Notes: a model not told the origin generated them from the letters alone. Positions 29,205-39,081 are shown, numbered from the stretch's first letter. The stretch is 64,000 nucleotides of DNA from an uncultured Chroococcidiopsis sp. (GCA_964248365.1 CAXTYC010000001.1:224001-288000); one strand, 5' to 3'. Numbers and translations are program-made.

Positions 29205-31280
29205 TTGGTGCATAATAGCAGGCTTTTTAAAACTCAAACAAAATATTATTCTGATATGAGAAAAAAATTGACTAAAAAAATTAGATACACTGCTTGCATT
29301 ATTTTAATCTGTGCGATCGCTCCCCTTGTCAACTTAGGCATTAGCGAGGCTGCCCCTGCCCCTGCACCTGAAGTAATTTCGCTGAGAACTTTAGGTTATA
29401 ACCGTTCAATCGTCATGTCGGGAGTCAACCCAGAATTTGAAATTAGCGTACCAGCCCCCAAAGGCGGTCTAGATCCTGCCGCTAGTTTTGCCCGCCTGAT
29501 TATAGAACCCTCATCAGTAATGAATGAAAACGCTACAGTCCGATTATTGGTCTATGGCGAACCAATGAAAGTAGTTTCAGTCAAGCAACTGCTAGCTAAT
29601 CCTGTTGTCACTCTACCACTGCCGCCCCTGCCCCAGGGAGAATCATACATTAATATTGCTATACAACCACATTTATTCATTAGTAATAATATTCGTCAGG
29701 ATTTACCCACTGGCAACTTGTATCTAAAGATAAACAAAGATAGTTTCTTTCAACTTACTCCCCAACTTAGTGACAACAGTATTGATGGCTTCTTCAAATC
29801 TTTCTATAAACAAGTTGATTTAGTAGTGCCAGCCAACCTCAACAGAGATCAGGCACAAGTGGCTTTATGGATGTATAGCGTCTTAGCTTATCAATTTCGT
29901 GAGTATCAAATTCCGATTTTTTGGCGCTGGGGTACAGCGCCAAAAATTGACAATGCAGCCCAAGTGATCTTACACACAGATACAACTGGTCCCGACGTGG
30001 AGAGGCGTGGCTCTATTTTGCGGGTGCGGGCAAATGCTAGAGCAGTTCAATCCTTGGCGCTAGATTTTTATCAGCCTGCATTAGTGGGTGGAGGCGTAAC
30101 AGTTGAGGATGTAGATTCCTTTAATGCAAAACCGAGCGTCCAAAGCCGTTCTTTTCGAGAATTAGGATTCAGAGATAGCGCCACGCGGATATCTGCTGGT
30201 ACACAGTCTTTCCCGCTAAAATTTGATTTATCTCAACTGGGGGGGCGACCGCAAAATTTAGACTTGGCATTAAATGCAACCTTTACCCCTGTCTATGGTC
30301 AGCAGGGTGAGCGCCTCACTGCCCAAGTATACTTAAATCACACCCTAGTTCAGTCTTTTAACCTTCAGGATAAGACAGTTCTGAAAACTAACTTAGCATT
30401 GCCAACCAATCAACTTCAGCGCACCAATACCCTAGAGGTGGTATTTGCCTATGCTCCCAGTGAAAGCAATGGCGATAACAAATCAACTGGAGAAGTAATT
30501 GTACAGATTGATGGAGATTCATTTCTGAGTTGGAATGGTTATCAAGGACCTACCGGAGCGTTGGGTGATTTACCCCATGTATTTCTTCAGCCTGGACAGC
30601 TAATTATAGATACCAAAAAACCAGCTTTGTTAGCAGGTTCAGCTTATCTATTAGGAGCGATTAGCCGTCTTGGTCAGGAACCAATTTTTCCGCAATTAAT
30701 AGACGCTGCATCGATTCAAGATTGGTCGAATTTACCCAAAGACCAAATGAATAGATCTCCCAGTTGGCGGTTACTGGCTGTTTCTCCTCAAGCAGCTGCC
30801 TTACCGTCTCCTGTACGTTTGAATAAAGGTTTGTTTGAAATTTACAATCCCGTTAATCAAAAGCGCTTGCTTCAGGCGCAACCTACCGATCCGTTTGGAA
30901 TACTGCAATATTTTTCTTATCAAAATACTCCTACACTGTGGCTGACTTGGTGGGGTTTAGAACCAGCAATGGCGGAACAGCTTGGGATGGCTTTGGGAGA
31001 TCCTCGCACTTTGTTAGCAAGTCAGCTCGATGGGAATGTGGTGACAGCAACTGATGGGCGACGAGTGCAAATTTGGGACTTAGGCGATCGCACACTCCAA
31101 GTTAATTATCCCGCCGCCCGAAACTGGCAAATATTTTGGCAACGCTACATCAACCCCTTGATTCTTTTGGGACTGCTGTTAGGGGGATTTGTTGCATGGC
31201 GCGTTTATCGGCGAGTTGGGCGATCGCCATTAGCTCCTGCTTCCGCCTCTAAACCTATAGAAAAAATTAAAAAACCATGA
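29205..31280 (+). CDS. BcsB-like periplasmic co-polymerase (ATG start possibly 29256)
   Basis: N-terminal signal, two repeats starting ISLRTLGY and SFRELGF, beta-sandwich-type modules (VYLNHTLV, NTLEVVF), single C-terminal TM; ATGA overlap with the GT2 gene. Confidence 0.7.
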   Translation: MVHNSRLFKTQTKYYSDMRKKLTKKIRYTACIILICAIAPLVNLGISEAAPAPAPEVISLRTLGYNRSIVMSGVNPEFEISVPAPKGGLDPAASFARLIIEPSSVMNENATVRLLVYGEPMKVVSVKQLLANPVVTLPLPPLPQGESYINIAIQPHLFISNNIRQDLPTGNLYLKINKDSFFQLTPQLSDNSIDGFFKSFYKQVDLVVPANLNRDQAQVALWMYSVLAYQFREYQIPIFWRWGTAPKIDNAAQVILHTDTTGPDVERRGSILRVRANARAVQSLALDFYQPALVGGGVTVEDVDSFNAKPSVQSRSFRELGFRDSATRISAGTQSFPLKFDLSQLGGRPQNLDLALNATFTPVYGQQGERLTAQVYLNHTLVQSFNLQDKTVLKTNLALPTNQLQRTNTLEVVFAYAPSESNGDNKSTGEVIVQIDGDSFLSWNGYQGPTGALGDLPHVFLQPGQLIIDTKKPALLAGSAYLLGAISRLGQEPIFPQLIDAASIQDWSNLPKDQMNRSPSWRLLAVSPQAAALPSPVRLNKGLFEIYNPVNQKRLLQAQPTDPFGILQYFSYQNTPTLWLTWWGLEPAMAEQLGMALGDPRTLLASQLDGNVVTATDGRRVQIWDLGDRTLQVNYPAARNWQIFWQRYINPLILLGLLLGGFVAWRVYRRVGRSPLAPASASKPIEKIKKP

Positions 31281-33598
31281 GGGAATTCCACCCCCAGATA
31301 GAGGCACAACTTTTAGCAAAGGGCTATCTCAATTCCGAACAACTTGAGCAAGCTCTAGAGCTACAAGTAAAAACTTCCTGTTCTTTGGCAAAAGCTCTAT
31401 GGAGTTTGAATTTATTAACTCAGCCAGAGTTTTTGCAAGTAATTGGGACTGTAACTGGTCACATCTTATTAACTGATTGGTTGCTAGTTTCAGGCAGCAC
31501 CCTCGACTTTAGCATTGCCAAAGCCTTTGAACCTGCCTATATGAGAGAATTAGGTTTCTTTCCCTGCGCTTGGCAAGATAGCTCGACTTTAGTTGTAGCC
31601 GTAGAAGAACCAACCAACCCAGCCATTACTCAAGCCATCCGCAGCATTTGGCAGCAAATCAAGATTTATGAAGTTCTAGCTACCGACAACCAAATTCTTA
31701 GCCTGGTGTTTGAGGAAAATCTAGCAACTCAACTGCTAGACACAGGTAAACTCTCCATCGCTCAATGGCAAGAAGCTCAAACTATTCAACAACGTACAGG
31801 TTCACCTCTTGGAGAAATTCTGCCCCGTTTGGGCTATCTCAGACCGATTGATTACCTAGAAATTCTCTCTGGAATCACAGGCTTAAGCATATTTTCTCGC
31901 CTCAAAGGGACGGGAATTAGGCAAATAGACCCAAAACTGATGCAGCGGTTTGACACCCACATCATGATGAAACACCGCTTTCTACCTTTAACTTGGGTGA
32001 ACAAATATACAATGATGGTGATGGTACAAGACCCCTTTGACTTAGTTGCAGAGGCTACCATCTATGCTAAATTTCCTGGGGTAGAAATTACTAAAGTACT
32101 GGGAACAGAAAATGATATTACTCGGCTAATTGACTCTTCCTACCGAAAAGATTTTAGTCAACAAGCTGTTTTTCAATTACTATCTCGCGCACCAAAAGAC
32201 TCTGCTGCAAGAGTTTTCACCCCTGCCCAAATTCTAGCAGGCTACTTGATATTTGCTGTGTTTTTATGGGGTCTGACAGTTGATTGGTGGCAGACTTTAG
32301 CTACTTTAATTACAACGTTGAATGTTTTTTTTGCTGGGTCTGTGCTGTTTAAAATGGTTCTAAGTTTAATCGGTGCAGCAGACCGGACTCATCAAATTAC
32401 CAACGCCGAAATTAGTTCTATAGATGAGCAGACATTGCCTACATATAGTGTTTTAGTTCCAGTTTACAACGAGCCGGAAGTGACTGCAAACTTAATTGAG
32501 GCTCTGAGTAGACTTGATTACCCTCATGAAAAACTAGATGTATTACTTCTATTAGAAGAAAAAGATTTAGTAACTATTAAAGCAGCACAAGCGGCTAATC
32601 CACCTCGTTACGTTCGATTTATATATATTCCAGATAGCCAACCTAAAACCAAGCCGAAAGCTTGTAATTATGGCTTAGCATTTGCCAGAGGAGAATATTT
32701 AACTATCTACGATGCCGAGGATATTCCCGATCCAGATCAACTCAAAAAAGCTATTTTTGCTTTTAGACAAGGTTCTCCTAGCCTCGTTTGTGTGCAAGCA
32801 GCTTTAAATTACTACAACCGTAATGAAAACTTTCTGACGAGGATGTTTACTTTAGAATACTCCTATTGGTTTGACTACCTTTTACCTGGGTTGGAAACTT
32901 TGGCTCTGCCTATCCCTTTAGGAGGAACCAGCAATCATTTTCGCACTGACCGTTTAAGGGAATTAGGCGGATGGGACCCGTTTAATGTGACTGAAGATGC
33001 AGATTTAGGCATTCGAGCTAGCAAACGGGGTTACACAGTAGGAGTGATTAATTCAACTACCTATGAAGAAGCAAACTGTGAATTGAAAAATTGGATTCGC
33101 CAGCGTTCTAGGTGGATTAAAGGATATATGCAAACTTGGCTAGTCCACAATCGTCACCCTTGGAAATCCCTGCAAAAGCTGGGATTAAAAAGCTGGCTGG
33201 CTTATCAATTTTTGATTGGTGGTACTGTCGTCATTTTTCTAACTAGTCCGATTTTGTGGATACTGTTTGTTTATTGGATTGTTACCCGCGCCTACTGGTT
33301 AGAAAACTTGGTTCCTGGTTGGGTATTATATATTTCCTTGTTTAACCTAAGTATTAGCAATGCTTTAGGTATATATTTAAATATGATCGCGGTGTTTCGG
33401 CGGCGCTATTATCAACTTTTACCTTATGCGCTGCTAAATCCGTTATATTGGCAGTTGCACTCAGTTGCTGCTTACATGGCTTTGTGGCAACTTTTTTCAA
33501 AACCATTTTATTGGGAAAAGACTATTCATGGTATCAGTAAATTTGCCAAAAATTATTTACCATTTTCAGATAAAACTGAAACCAGTAAAACTGCTTAG
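31277..33598 (+). CDS. Processive GT2 polysaccharide synthase with two N-terminal MshEN (T2SSE_N)-like domains
   Basis: LVPVYNE, KPKACNY, YDAED, TEDAD, QRSRW, WEKT.HG; flanking TMs; N-terminal LLxxGxL...LxxALxxQ and PLGEIL..LGYL repeats. Confidence 0.88.
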   Translation: MREFHPQIEAQLLAKGYLNSEQLEQALELQVKTSCSLAKALWSLNLLTQPEFLQVIGTVTGHILLTDWLLVSGSTLDFSIAKAFEPAYMRELGFFPCAWQDSSTLVVAVEEPTNPAITQAIRSIWQQIKIYEVLATDNQILSLVFEENLATQLLDTGKLSIAQWQEAQTIQQRTGSPLGEILPRLGYLRPIDYLEILSGITGLSIFSRLKGTGIRQIDPKLMQRFDTHIMMKHRFLPLTWVNKYTMMVMVQDPFDLVAEATIYAKFPGVEITKVLGTENDITRLIDSSYRKDFSQQAVFQLLSRAPKDSAARVFTPAQILAGYLIFAVFLWGLTVDWWQTLATLITTLNVFFAGSVLFKMVLSLIGAADRTHQITNAEISSIDEQTLPTYSVLVPVYNEPEVTANLIEALSRLDYPHEKLDVLLLLEEKDLVTIKAAQAANPPRYVRFIYIPDSQPKTKPKACNYGLAFARGEYLTIYDAEDIPDPDQLKKAIFAFRQGSPSLVCVQAALNYYNRNENFLTRMFTLEYSYWFDYLLPGLETLALPIPLGGTSNHFRTDRLRELGGWDPFNVTEDADLGIRASKRGYTVGVINSTTYEEANCELKNWIRQRSRWIKGYMQTWLVHNRHPWKSLQKLGLKSWLAYQFLIGGTVVIFLTSPILWILFVYWIVTRAYWLENLVPGWVLYISLFNLSISNALGIYLNMIAVFRRRYYQLLPYALLNPLYWQLHSVAAYMALWQLFSKPFYWEKTIHGISKFAKNYLPFSDKTETSKTA

Positions 33599-33630
33599 AA
33601 AATATAATTATTGCTCTTTCTAAGCGAGTT

Positions 33631-35022
33631 ATGCCAACTTTAAAAAAATTATTTTCTTACCGTCACAAGATTACCTATTTAGTCAATAGGGGCGGGTTTA
33701 ATCAAGATATCAGCCCAATAACAGATAGTTTGACAAATCCGCCCGTAGCCACGACAGAAAACCTACGCCCCACGTCAGAAGAAAGAAGAATTACGAATTC
33801 TAAATTACGCTTATGGGTTATAAGTTTAGCCCTATTAGCATTAGCATCTGGCTGTGTACCTACCTCGCAATCCCAAAATTTAACGGCAAAAATAAAGTCA
33901 TATAAGCCTAATGTAGTAGCAGCTAGTTCTAGTCCTGTTGATACTGCTTTGCTGCAAAAGCTGGAAACTCGACTCTATCAACAGCTGCAAACATTGATTG
34001 CACAAAAGCAGGGAGCGCGTCAAGACGGGTATGTATACACTGTGGACTTGAGCCAAATCTTAATGTATGCAGCATTGAAAAAAGATCGCAGGCTTTATTC
34101 TCCCTTAAGGGATTTCGCTATCAAAAATTTAATTATAGACAAGCAATCAGATCCCTATACGCGGGGGTTTGTCCTCTGGCGCTATCAGCCTGGGAACCCT
34201 CCAGATGCATCAGGAACAACGGAAGCCTTGCGCTTGGCTGAAAGTCTGTGGTTGGGTAGCCAGGTATTTGGGGATGGTAGCGATCGCGATCGAGCTATAC
34301 TGCTGCTCAAGGGGTATGCTCGACACGCTCATACTGACCATCAAGTTTGGCTAATCCGCAACTACTTCAACCTGCAAACGAGGGCTTTCGCTACTAACTC
34401 ATTTTTAGTAGGTTACGATCCAGATTTGCTGCAAGATGTGGGTGAGGCGACTGGAGATGTGACACTACAAGCCGTAGCGCAAAAATCCTACTCGATAGTG
34501 CGACAGGCTGTTACCCCTTCAGGATTACTCTATGACATTGTTCAACCTGAAGTGCTGACACTTGTACCGGATCTCAAGTACCTAGTACTCTTTTCTCCCA
34601 ACGATGTGGTGAAGCTGGCTAATACCTGTACTGTGGCTGAACGAGCCACAAGGGGAGCGCCCCAAATCGGACAAAAAGTGATTCGCTTTGCAATGGAACG
34701 CCTACCTAAACTGGCTACCTACTATTACGGTCGTACTGGGGAATCAGTCCTACGGCAGCCTGCGGAAGTCGCAACTTATGCTTGTCTTGTGCGGCTTGCT
34801 ATCAAGTTGAAAGATCAAACAGCCCTCAATGCTTTTCTAGAACCGTTTATCACCCATGCACAAGCTGTTACACAAAATACAGAAGAGTTTAGCCTCTACA
34901 CAGTTATTGAGGCTCTATTAGCCCTTCAGTCGGTGTCAGAGCAATCAACTGCTGCACAAAACAAGGTAGAAAGTCTAACTCTCAATCGGGTGGGGTTGCA
35001 CTTGAACCGTTCTGCATACTAA
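33631..35022 (+). CDS. Lipoprotein, probable (alpha/alpha)6 glycoside hydrolase (GH8-like)
   Basis: Lipobox LASGC; helical; FVLWRY...DASGTTEALRLAESL resembles the GH8 W...ATDGDLxIAxAL region; directly follows the GT2. Confidence 0.5.
   Translation: MPTLKKLFSYRHKITYLVNRGGFNQDISPITDSLTNPPVATTENLRPTSEERRITNSKLRLWVISLALLALASGCVPTSQSQNLTAKIKSYKPNVVAASSSPVDTALLQKLETRLYQQLQTLIAQKQGARQDGYVYTVDLSQILMYAALKKDRRLYSPLRDFAIKNLIIDKQSDPYTRGFVLWRYQPGNPPDASGTTEALRLAESLWLGSQVFGDGSDRDRAILLLKGYARHAHTDHQVWLIRNYFNLQTRAFATNSFLVGYDPDLLQDVGEATGDVTLQAVAQKSYSIVRQAVTPSGLLYDIVQPEVLTLVPDLKYLVLFSPNDVVKLANTCTVAERATRGAPQIGQKVIRFAMERLPKLATYYYGRTGESVLRQPAEVATYACLVRLAIKLKDQTALNAFLEPFITHAQAVTQNTEEFSLYTVIEALLALQSVSEQSTAAQNKVESLTLNRVGLHLNRSAY
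33686..33747. repeat. Degenerate REPIN inside the 5' end of the GH8-like CDS
   Basis: ATAGGGGCGGGTTT...AAATCCGCCCGTA. Confidence 0.75.
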
Positions 35023-35157
35023 AACAGTATTTTGTACTGCTCGTAAATGCAGGAGATTACTATACTAATTTATATATCTATTAACATAACGTGCTTTGCA
35101 TCTACCTGATTATTCGCTACTCATCCACTCACTAATAGTGCCTATTCCTACAAATCT

Positions 35158-35207
35158 AGTCGGAATATATTCCGACTGCATCTAAAAAGTTGACACGTCA
35201 TGTGTCA
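35158..35207. promoter_or_regulatory. Two palindromes upstream of the kinase gene (candidate operator sites)
   Basis: Perfect AGTCGGAATATATTCCGACT (35158-35177) and TGACAC-N5-GTGTCA (35191-35207). Confidence 0.35.
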
Positions 35208-35262
35208 TGAGTGAGGAAATTGAAAACGGGCTGCCACTACTAAACGACGTTTGGTTGAAGCG

Positions 35263-36420
35263 ATGTTAGGTAAGTTACTAGAGGGACGTTACCAAGTTGT
35301 ACAAGTCCTAAGTTCAGGAGGATTTTGTGAAACCTATCTTGCCCAAGATACTCATACACCAGGTCATCCCATTTGCGTTGTTAAGCATCTCAAGCCTGCT
35401 AGCAACACCCCTAACTCGCTACAGACTCTGAGATGGTTATTTACTGGAGAAGCACAAGCGCTGAAAAAACTGGGCAACCATGACCAGATTCCCCAGCTGT
35501 TAGATCACTTTGAAGATAATCAAGAGTTCTACCTAGTGCAAGAGTTCGTCCAAGGGCATACTGTGAGTGTAGAAATGCAATCTGGTAGGCGCTGGAGTGA
35601 AAGCCAGGTGTTTAAACTTTTGCAAGAGGTTTTAGATATACTGCAATTTATTCACTCTCATGGGCTAATTCATCGAGACATTAAGCCAAATAATTTGCTC
35701 CGAAGAAAGCAGGATAATAAATTTGTCCTAATTGACTTTGGCTCAGTCAAGCAAGCTTGGTCACAAGTGATAACATTGCAAGGACAGAAAATTAATACCT
35801 TTGCCATTGGTTTACCAGCTACCATTACCATTGGCACTCCAGGTTATATGCCGACTGAGCAGGAGCGGGGTAAACCACGCCCTAATAGTGATATTTATGC
35901 TCTGGGGATAGTTTGTATTCAAGCGCTAACAGGTGTGCATCCTACCCAATTGGTAGAAGACCCAGATACGTGTGAGATCCTATGGCAACAATACTCTCAT
36001 GTGAGCGCCCATTTAGGTGAGGTGATCAACAAAATGGTGCGCTACAGCTTCAAAGACCGCTATCAGACTGCAACAGAAGTACTAGAAGCGCTGCAACCAT
36101 TAGCTGTTCTCTACCAACCAACACAGCAAGCAGAGGGGTTTGACATAGATCAAAGTGCTAGTGAGGATTTCAACTCTTTTTTTGATCAAGAAGACACAGT
36201 AACATTTGATTTATGCGATCGCGCAGAACCACTATCAAACAACACCAGCGATGATTTATCTGCTACCCCACCCAAGAAATCTATATCATTGCTTGACATA
36301 GGAATCGGTGTTACCGCTGCTATAGCTTTGATGATTGGTATTTACTTTTCTTTACTCTCCCCTGCTCCGATTGTGAAAATTGAAAAGTATCCTGTTTCTA
36401 TCCCACTCAAGAGCAACTGA
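35263..36420 (+). CDS. Hanks-type Ser/Thr protein kinase with a C-terminal TM
   Basis: SGGF, VVKHL, HRDIKPNN, DFG, GTPGYMP, SDIYALG. Confidence 0.93.
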   Translation: MLGKLLEGRYQVVQVLSSGGFCETYLAQDTHTPGHPICVVKHLKPASNTPNSLQTLRWLFTGEAQALKKLGNHDQIPQLLDHFEDNQEFYLVQEFVQGHTVSVEMQSGRRWSESQVFKLLQEVLDILQFIHSHGLIHRDIKPNNLLRRKQDNKFVLIDFGSVKQAWSQVITLQGQKINTFAIGLPATITIGTPGYMPTEQERGKPRPNSDIYALGIVCIQALTGVHPTQLVEDPDTCEILWQQYSHVSAHLGEVINKMVRYSFKDRYQTATEVLEALQPLAVLYQPTQQAEGFDIDQSASEDFNSFFDQEDTVTFDLCDRAEPLSNNTSDDLSATPPKKSISLLDIGIGVTAAIALMIGIYFSLLSPAPIVKIEKYPVSIPLKSN

Positions 36421-36489
36421 TTATAAATTTGAAATTCGCGCCTTCGGAGGGGAGGGGGAGAGGGAAGATCAAAAATTACGAATTCCGAA

Positions 36490-36705
36490 TTATTTAAATG
36501 GTTCTAATTGATCTACACGCAACCACATATTTGGGGTAGGCACTTGACCAAACACGACGAGGGCGTAGTCATCTCTGATATCTAAAACCTCCCCTTTGGT
36601 TTCAAATAAGTAAGATGGGAAGCGAGAGTCACTGGCTTTTGCTTCTAGACTATTTTCCAACTTTTCGCGGACAGCGCGAACCATATCACCTTTTTTGATT
36701 GCCAT
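36490..36705 (-). CDS. ndhO: NDH-1 subunit O
   Basis: [26 protein letters not shown]...VPTPNMWLR. Confidence 0.95.
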   Translation of the reverse strand: MAIKKGDMVRAVREKLENSLEAKASDSRFPSYLFETKGEVLDIRDDYALVVFGQVPTPNMWLRVDQLEPFK

Positions 36706-36784
36706 GATTTACTCTATTAAGTCTCTATTGCTACTTTCGCATTGTAAAACTTTAGCGAGTAGAAAGTAGAGTAATTGTTAATTG

Positions 36785-36870
36785 GTGAAAGGGAAAAGGG
36801 AAAAGGGAAAAGGGGAAAGGGTAAAGGGTGAAGGGTAAAGGTTAAAGGGTAAAGGTTAAAGGTTAAAGGT
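36785..36870. repeat. Heptamer STRR (AAAGGGA/AAAGGGT/AAAGGTT)
   Basis: Directly visible. Confidence 0.9.
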
Positions 36871-36959
36871 AATTCGTAATTTCCCCCCCAGCTCCCCTTT
36901 GCTTTCCCAACTTCCCCAACTCTCTTCTGGTTCCACCAGTCACTGGTTCCACTAATCAC

Positions 36960-37829
36960 TTATTTTTGGCATTGGGGGCAAAAGTGAGCCGATCGCCCAG
37001 CTAATCTAAGGCGCTCAATTGGTGTTTCACAGATGCGACAAGGAACGCCAGCCCGATTATAAACCCACGCCACACCGCCATAATTGCCGTTAACACCCTG
37101 CACATTTAGGAAGTTACTAAAAGTTGTGCCACCAGCTGCAATGCTTGCCTCTAAAACTTCTATAATGGCAGTTCGTAAGCGGGAAATTTGCCCAGGCGTT
37201 AAGTCTGTACAGAGTGTTTCTGGTCGCACTTGACTCTTAAACAGCGCTTCATCAGCATAAATATTGCCTATTCCCGCCACGACTGACTGGTCGAGTAGGG
37301 CGTTTTTAATTGGACTACGACGATTTTGCAGTTTTCTCACCAAATACTCGTCGGAAAAATCCTTTGAAAACGGGTCTAGTCCGAGTCTACCTAATCCGGT
37401 AATAACTGATTCGATTGTTTCTGTTGGCGGAACCCACCACATCTGACCAAAGGTGCGCTGATCTACAAAGCGTAACTCTTGTTCCTCAAAGAACAATCTT
37501 ACTCGCGTATGTTTGTGTAATGGCTGCTCTCGATGTAGCCACAACAGTTGTCCTGTCATCCGTAGATGTACACCTAGCCAGCCTGCTGGCTGCAAAGGGC
37601 AGACCGCTGCCATTGGCTTTTCGAGCGTTCGCAGTTCTGCTAGTAGATATTTGCCGCGACGATGCCACTGGGCGATCGCACAGCCCTTTAAGCCACTAAG
37701 AAATTCTTCCACAGAAAAGGGGTAGGCAATGGTGCGATTTAGCAACACATCCCCACCCGTAATTTCTCCATTCAGGGTTAATTGATTTAAACCCTGCCTC
37801 ACTGTTTCAACTTCAGGTAATTCAGGCAC
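36960..37829 (-). CDS. mutM: Formamidopyrimidine-DNA glycosylase
   Basis: PELPEVE, RRGKYL, HLRMTG, GIGNIYADE, C-terminal zinc finger. Confidence 0.97.
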   Translation of the reverse strand: MPELPEVETVRQGLNQLTLNGEITGGDVLLNRTIAYPFSVEEFLSGLKGCAIAQWHRRGKYLLAELRTLEKPMAAVCPLQPAGWLGVHLRMTGQLLWLHREQPLHKHTRVRLFFEEQELRFVDQRTFGQMWWVPPTETIESVITGLGRLGLDPFSKDFSDEYLVRKLQNRRSPIKNALLDQSVVAGIGNIYADEALFKSQVRPETLCTDLTPGQISRLRTAIIEVLEASIAAGGTTFSNFLNVQGVNGNYGGVAWVYNRAGVPCRICETPIERLRLAGRSAHFCPQCQK

Positions 37830-37832
37830 AGC

Positions 37833-38207
37833 TTAACGTGAATCAGTTCCCTGATTGCCACCACCTTCTACAATTGGGCTATCACCCGCCGCTTCTTGTT
37901 GGGCGGCATCCTTGGTGTCGGTTAATACTCCTGACCCCGTCCGGCGAAGGCGCTCGTCAGTGGGAGTTGGTTTGCCCCCAGCATCGGAAAGCACAGCCTT
38001 TTTCTCCTTCTGCGTTGGTTTTTCCACTTCTACCAGTTCATACTGGGCAAAGTTATTGGTGTTAACACCAGCGTAGTTCAGCTTTTCAAAGCGGACAATC
38101 ACTGGGTAACGAATGCCGCTTTTGTCAACAGAAGCAACGATTCCTACATCTTGAAACCAGTAAGATTCTTTCCTGAGAATCCGCACTTTGGAACCACGTT
38201 CAACCAT
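37833..38207 (-). CDS. psaE: Photosystem I subunit IV with a long C-terminal extension
   Basis: [19 protein letters not shown]...[20 protein letters not shown] followed by about 60 extra residues. Confidence 0.95.
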   Translation of the reverse strand: MVERGSKVRILRKESYWFQDVGIVASVDKSGIRYPVIVRFEKLNYAGVNTNNFAQYELVEVEKPTQKEKKAVLSDAGGKPTPTDERLRRTGSGVLTDTKDAAQQEAAGDSPIVEGGGNQGTDSR

Positions 38208-38455
38208 GTGTATCTTCCCTTTTAGTTATTAATTGCCAGCTAATCAGGCTAATAGCTTACACTCTACAACCTGATGGCAATCTAACTGCAAAGTGTTAAG
38301 TTATTTGTCAGCATTTTTAGGGGCGAGGGGCGCTCGTGTGAGTTGCTTAAGTATATAAATATTATCTCCCCCTGCGATAAGATTGCTCCCCCTGCTCTCT
38401 TCTAGCCTAAGCGCCTCTGGTTCCTCTAGCCTAAGCGCCCCTAGTCCCTTTGCCA

Positions 38456-39081
38456 CTAGCCCCTAATTTCGCTCCAGCGTACCTGGACAAAATGGGCTGG
38501 TCTTCCCCAGATGTCTTGCCTAAATGAAATGTCTACAATTTCTAAGTTGAAGGGAATTGCAGTTGTAATGTAGCGCCCAGCCAGCATACCTAATTCTGGG
38601 GCAAGGTTGGCTGCTGCTGATGCCGCCACGCCCAAACCTAAGATTTGCCCAAATTCTCGTGGTAAGACTAGATGAGCTGTCAATGCTAGTCCAAATGTCA
38701 ATAGCATCCCCACTGATAAGTTTGTACCGCAACGGGGATGTACAGCCAAATTCCATTCACCACTGGTAAGCCGCGAATGGGCGATCGCAACTAAGGTGCA
38801 GTTCGGTTTTATTCACCTGACCATAAAGGTAAAACCCTTGTTCAGTAGATAGACCGCCTAATAGTCCATTGTCAACCATTCCGCCCACAGAGCTTAAAAC
38901 CCAAACTGTGGTGTGTTCTTTGACCATGCACCTGCCGAATCATCAAAATTTCCTTCAGTTTGGGGATGAAGGGCAGCTGCCTAATTAAATCAGCATCTTG
39001 TGTAAGTTGAGGTGCGGTGAAATCAAAATTAAACAACTCAAACAAAGACTCAAAAGTGTTTGCCGTAGCAGAATTATTCAT
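38456..39081 (-). pseudogene. Conserved hypothetical protein (DUF6391-like) with two frameshifts (about 38920 and 38795)
   Basis: Three frames read RQVH / EHTTVWVL...GGLSTEQGFYLYG / RLTSGEWNLAVHPRCGTN. Confidence 0.75.

Noticed and set aside
31277..33598. Calling the GT2 a canonical cellulose synthase bcsA
   Set aside because: No C-terminal PilZ and no HAKAGN or FFCGS motifs; it has KPKACNY/LGGTSNHF and MshEN-like domains instead
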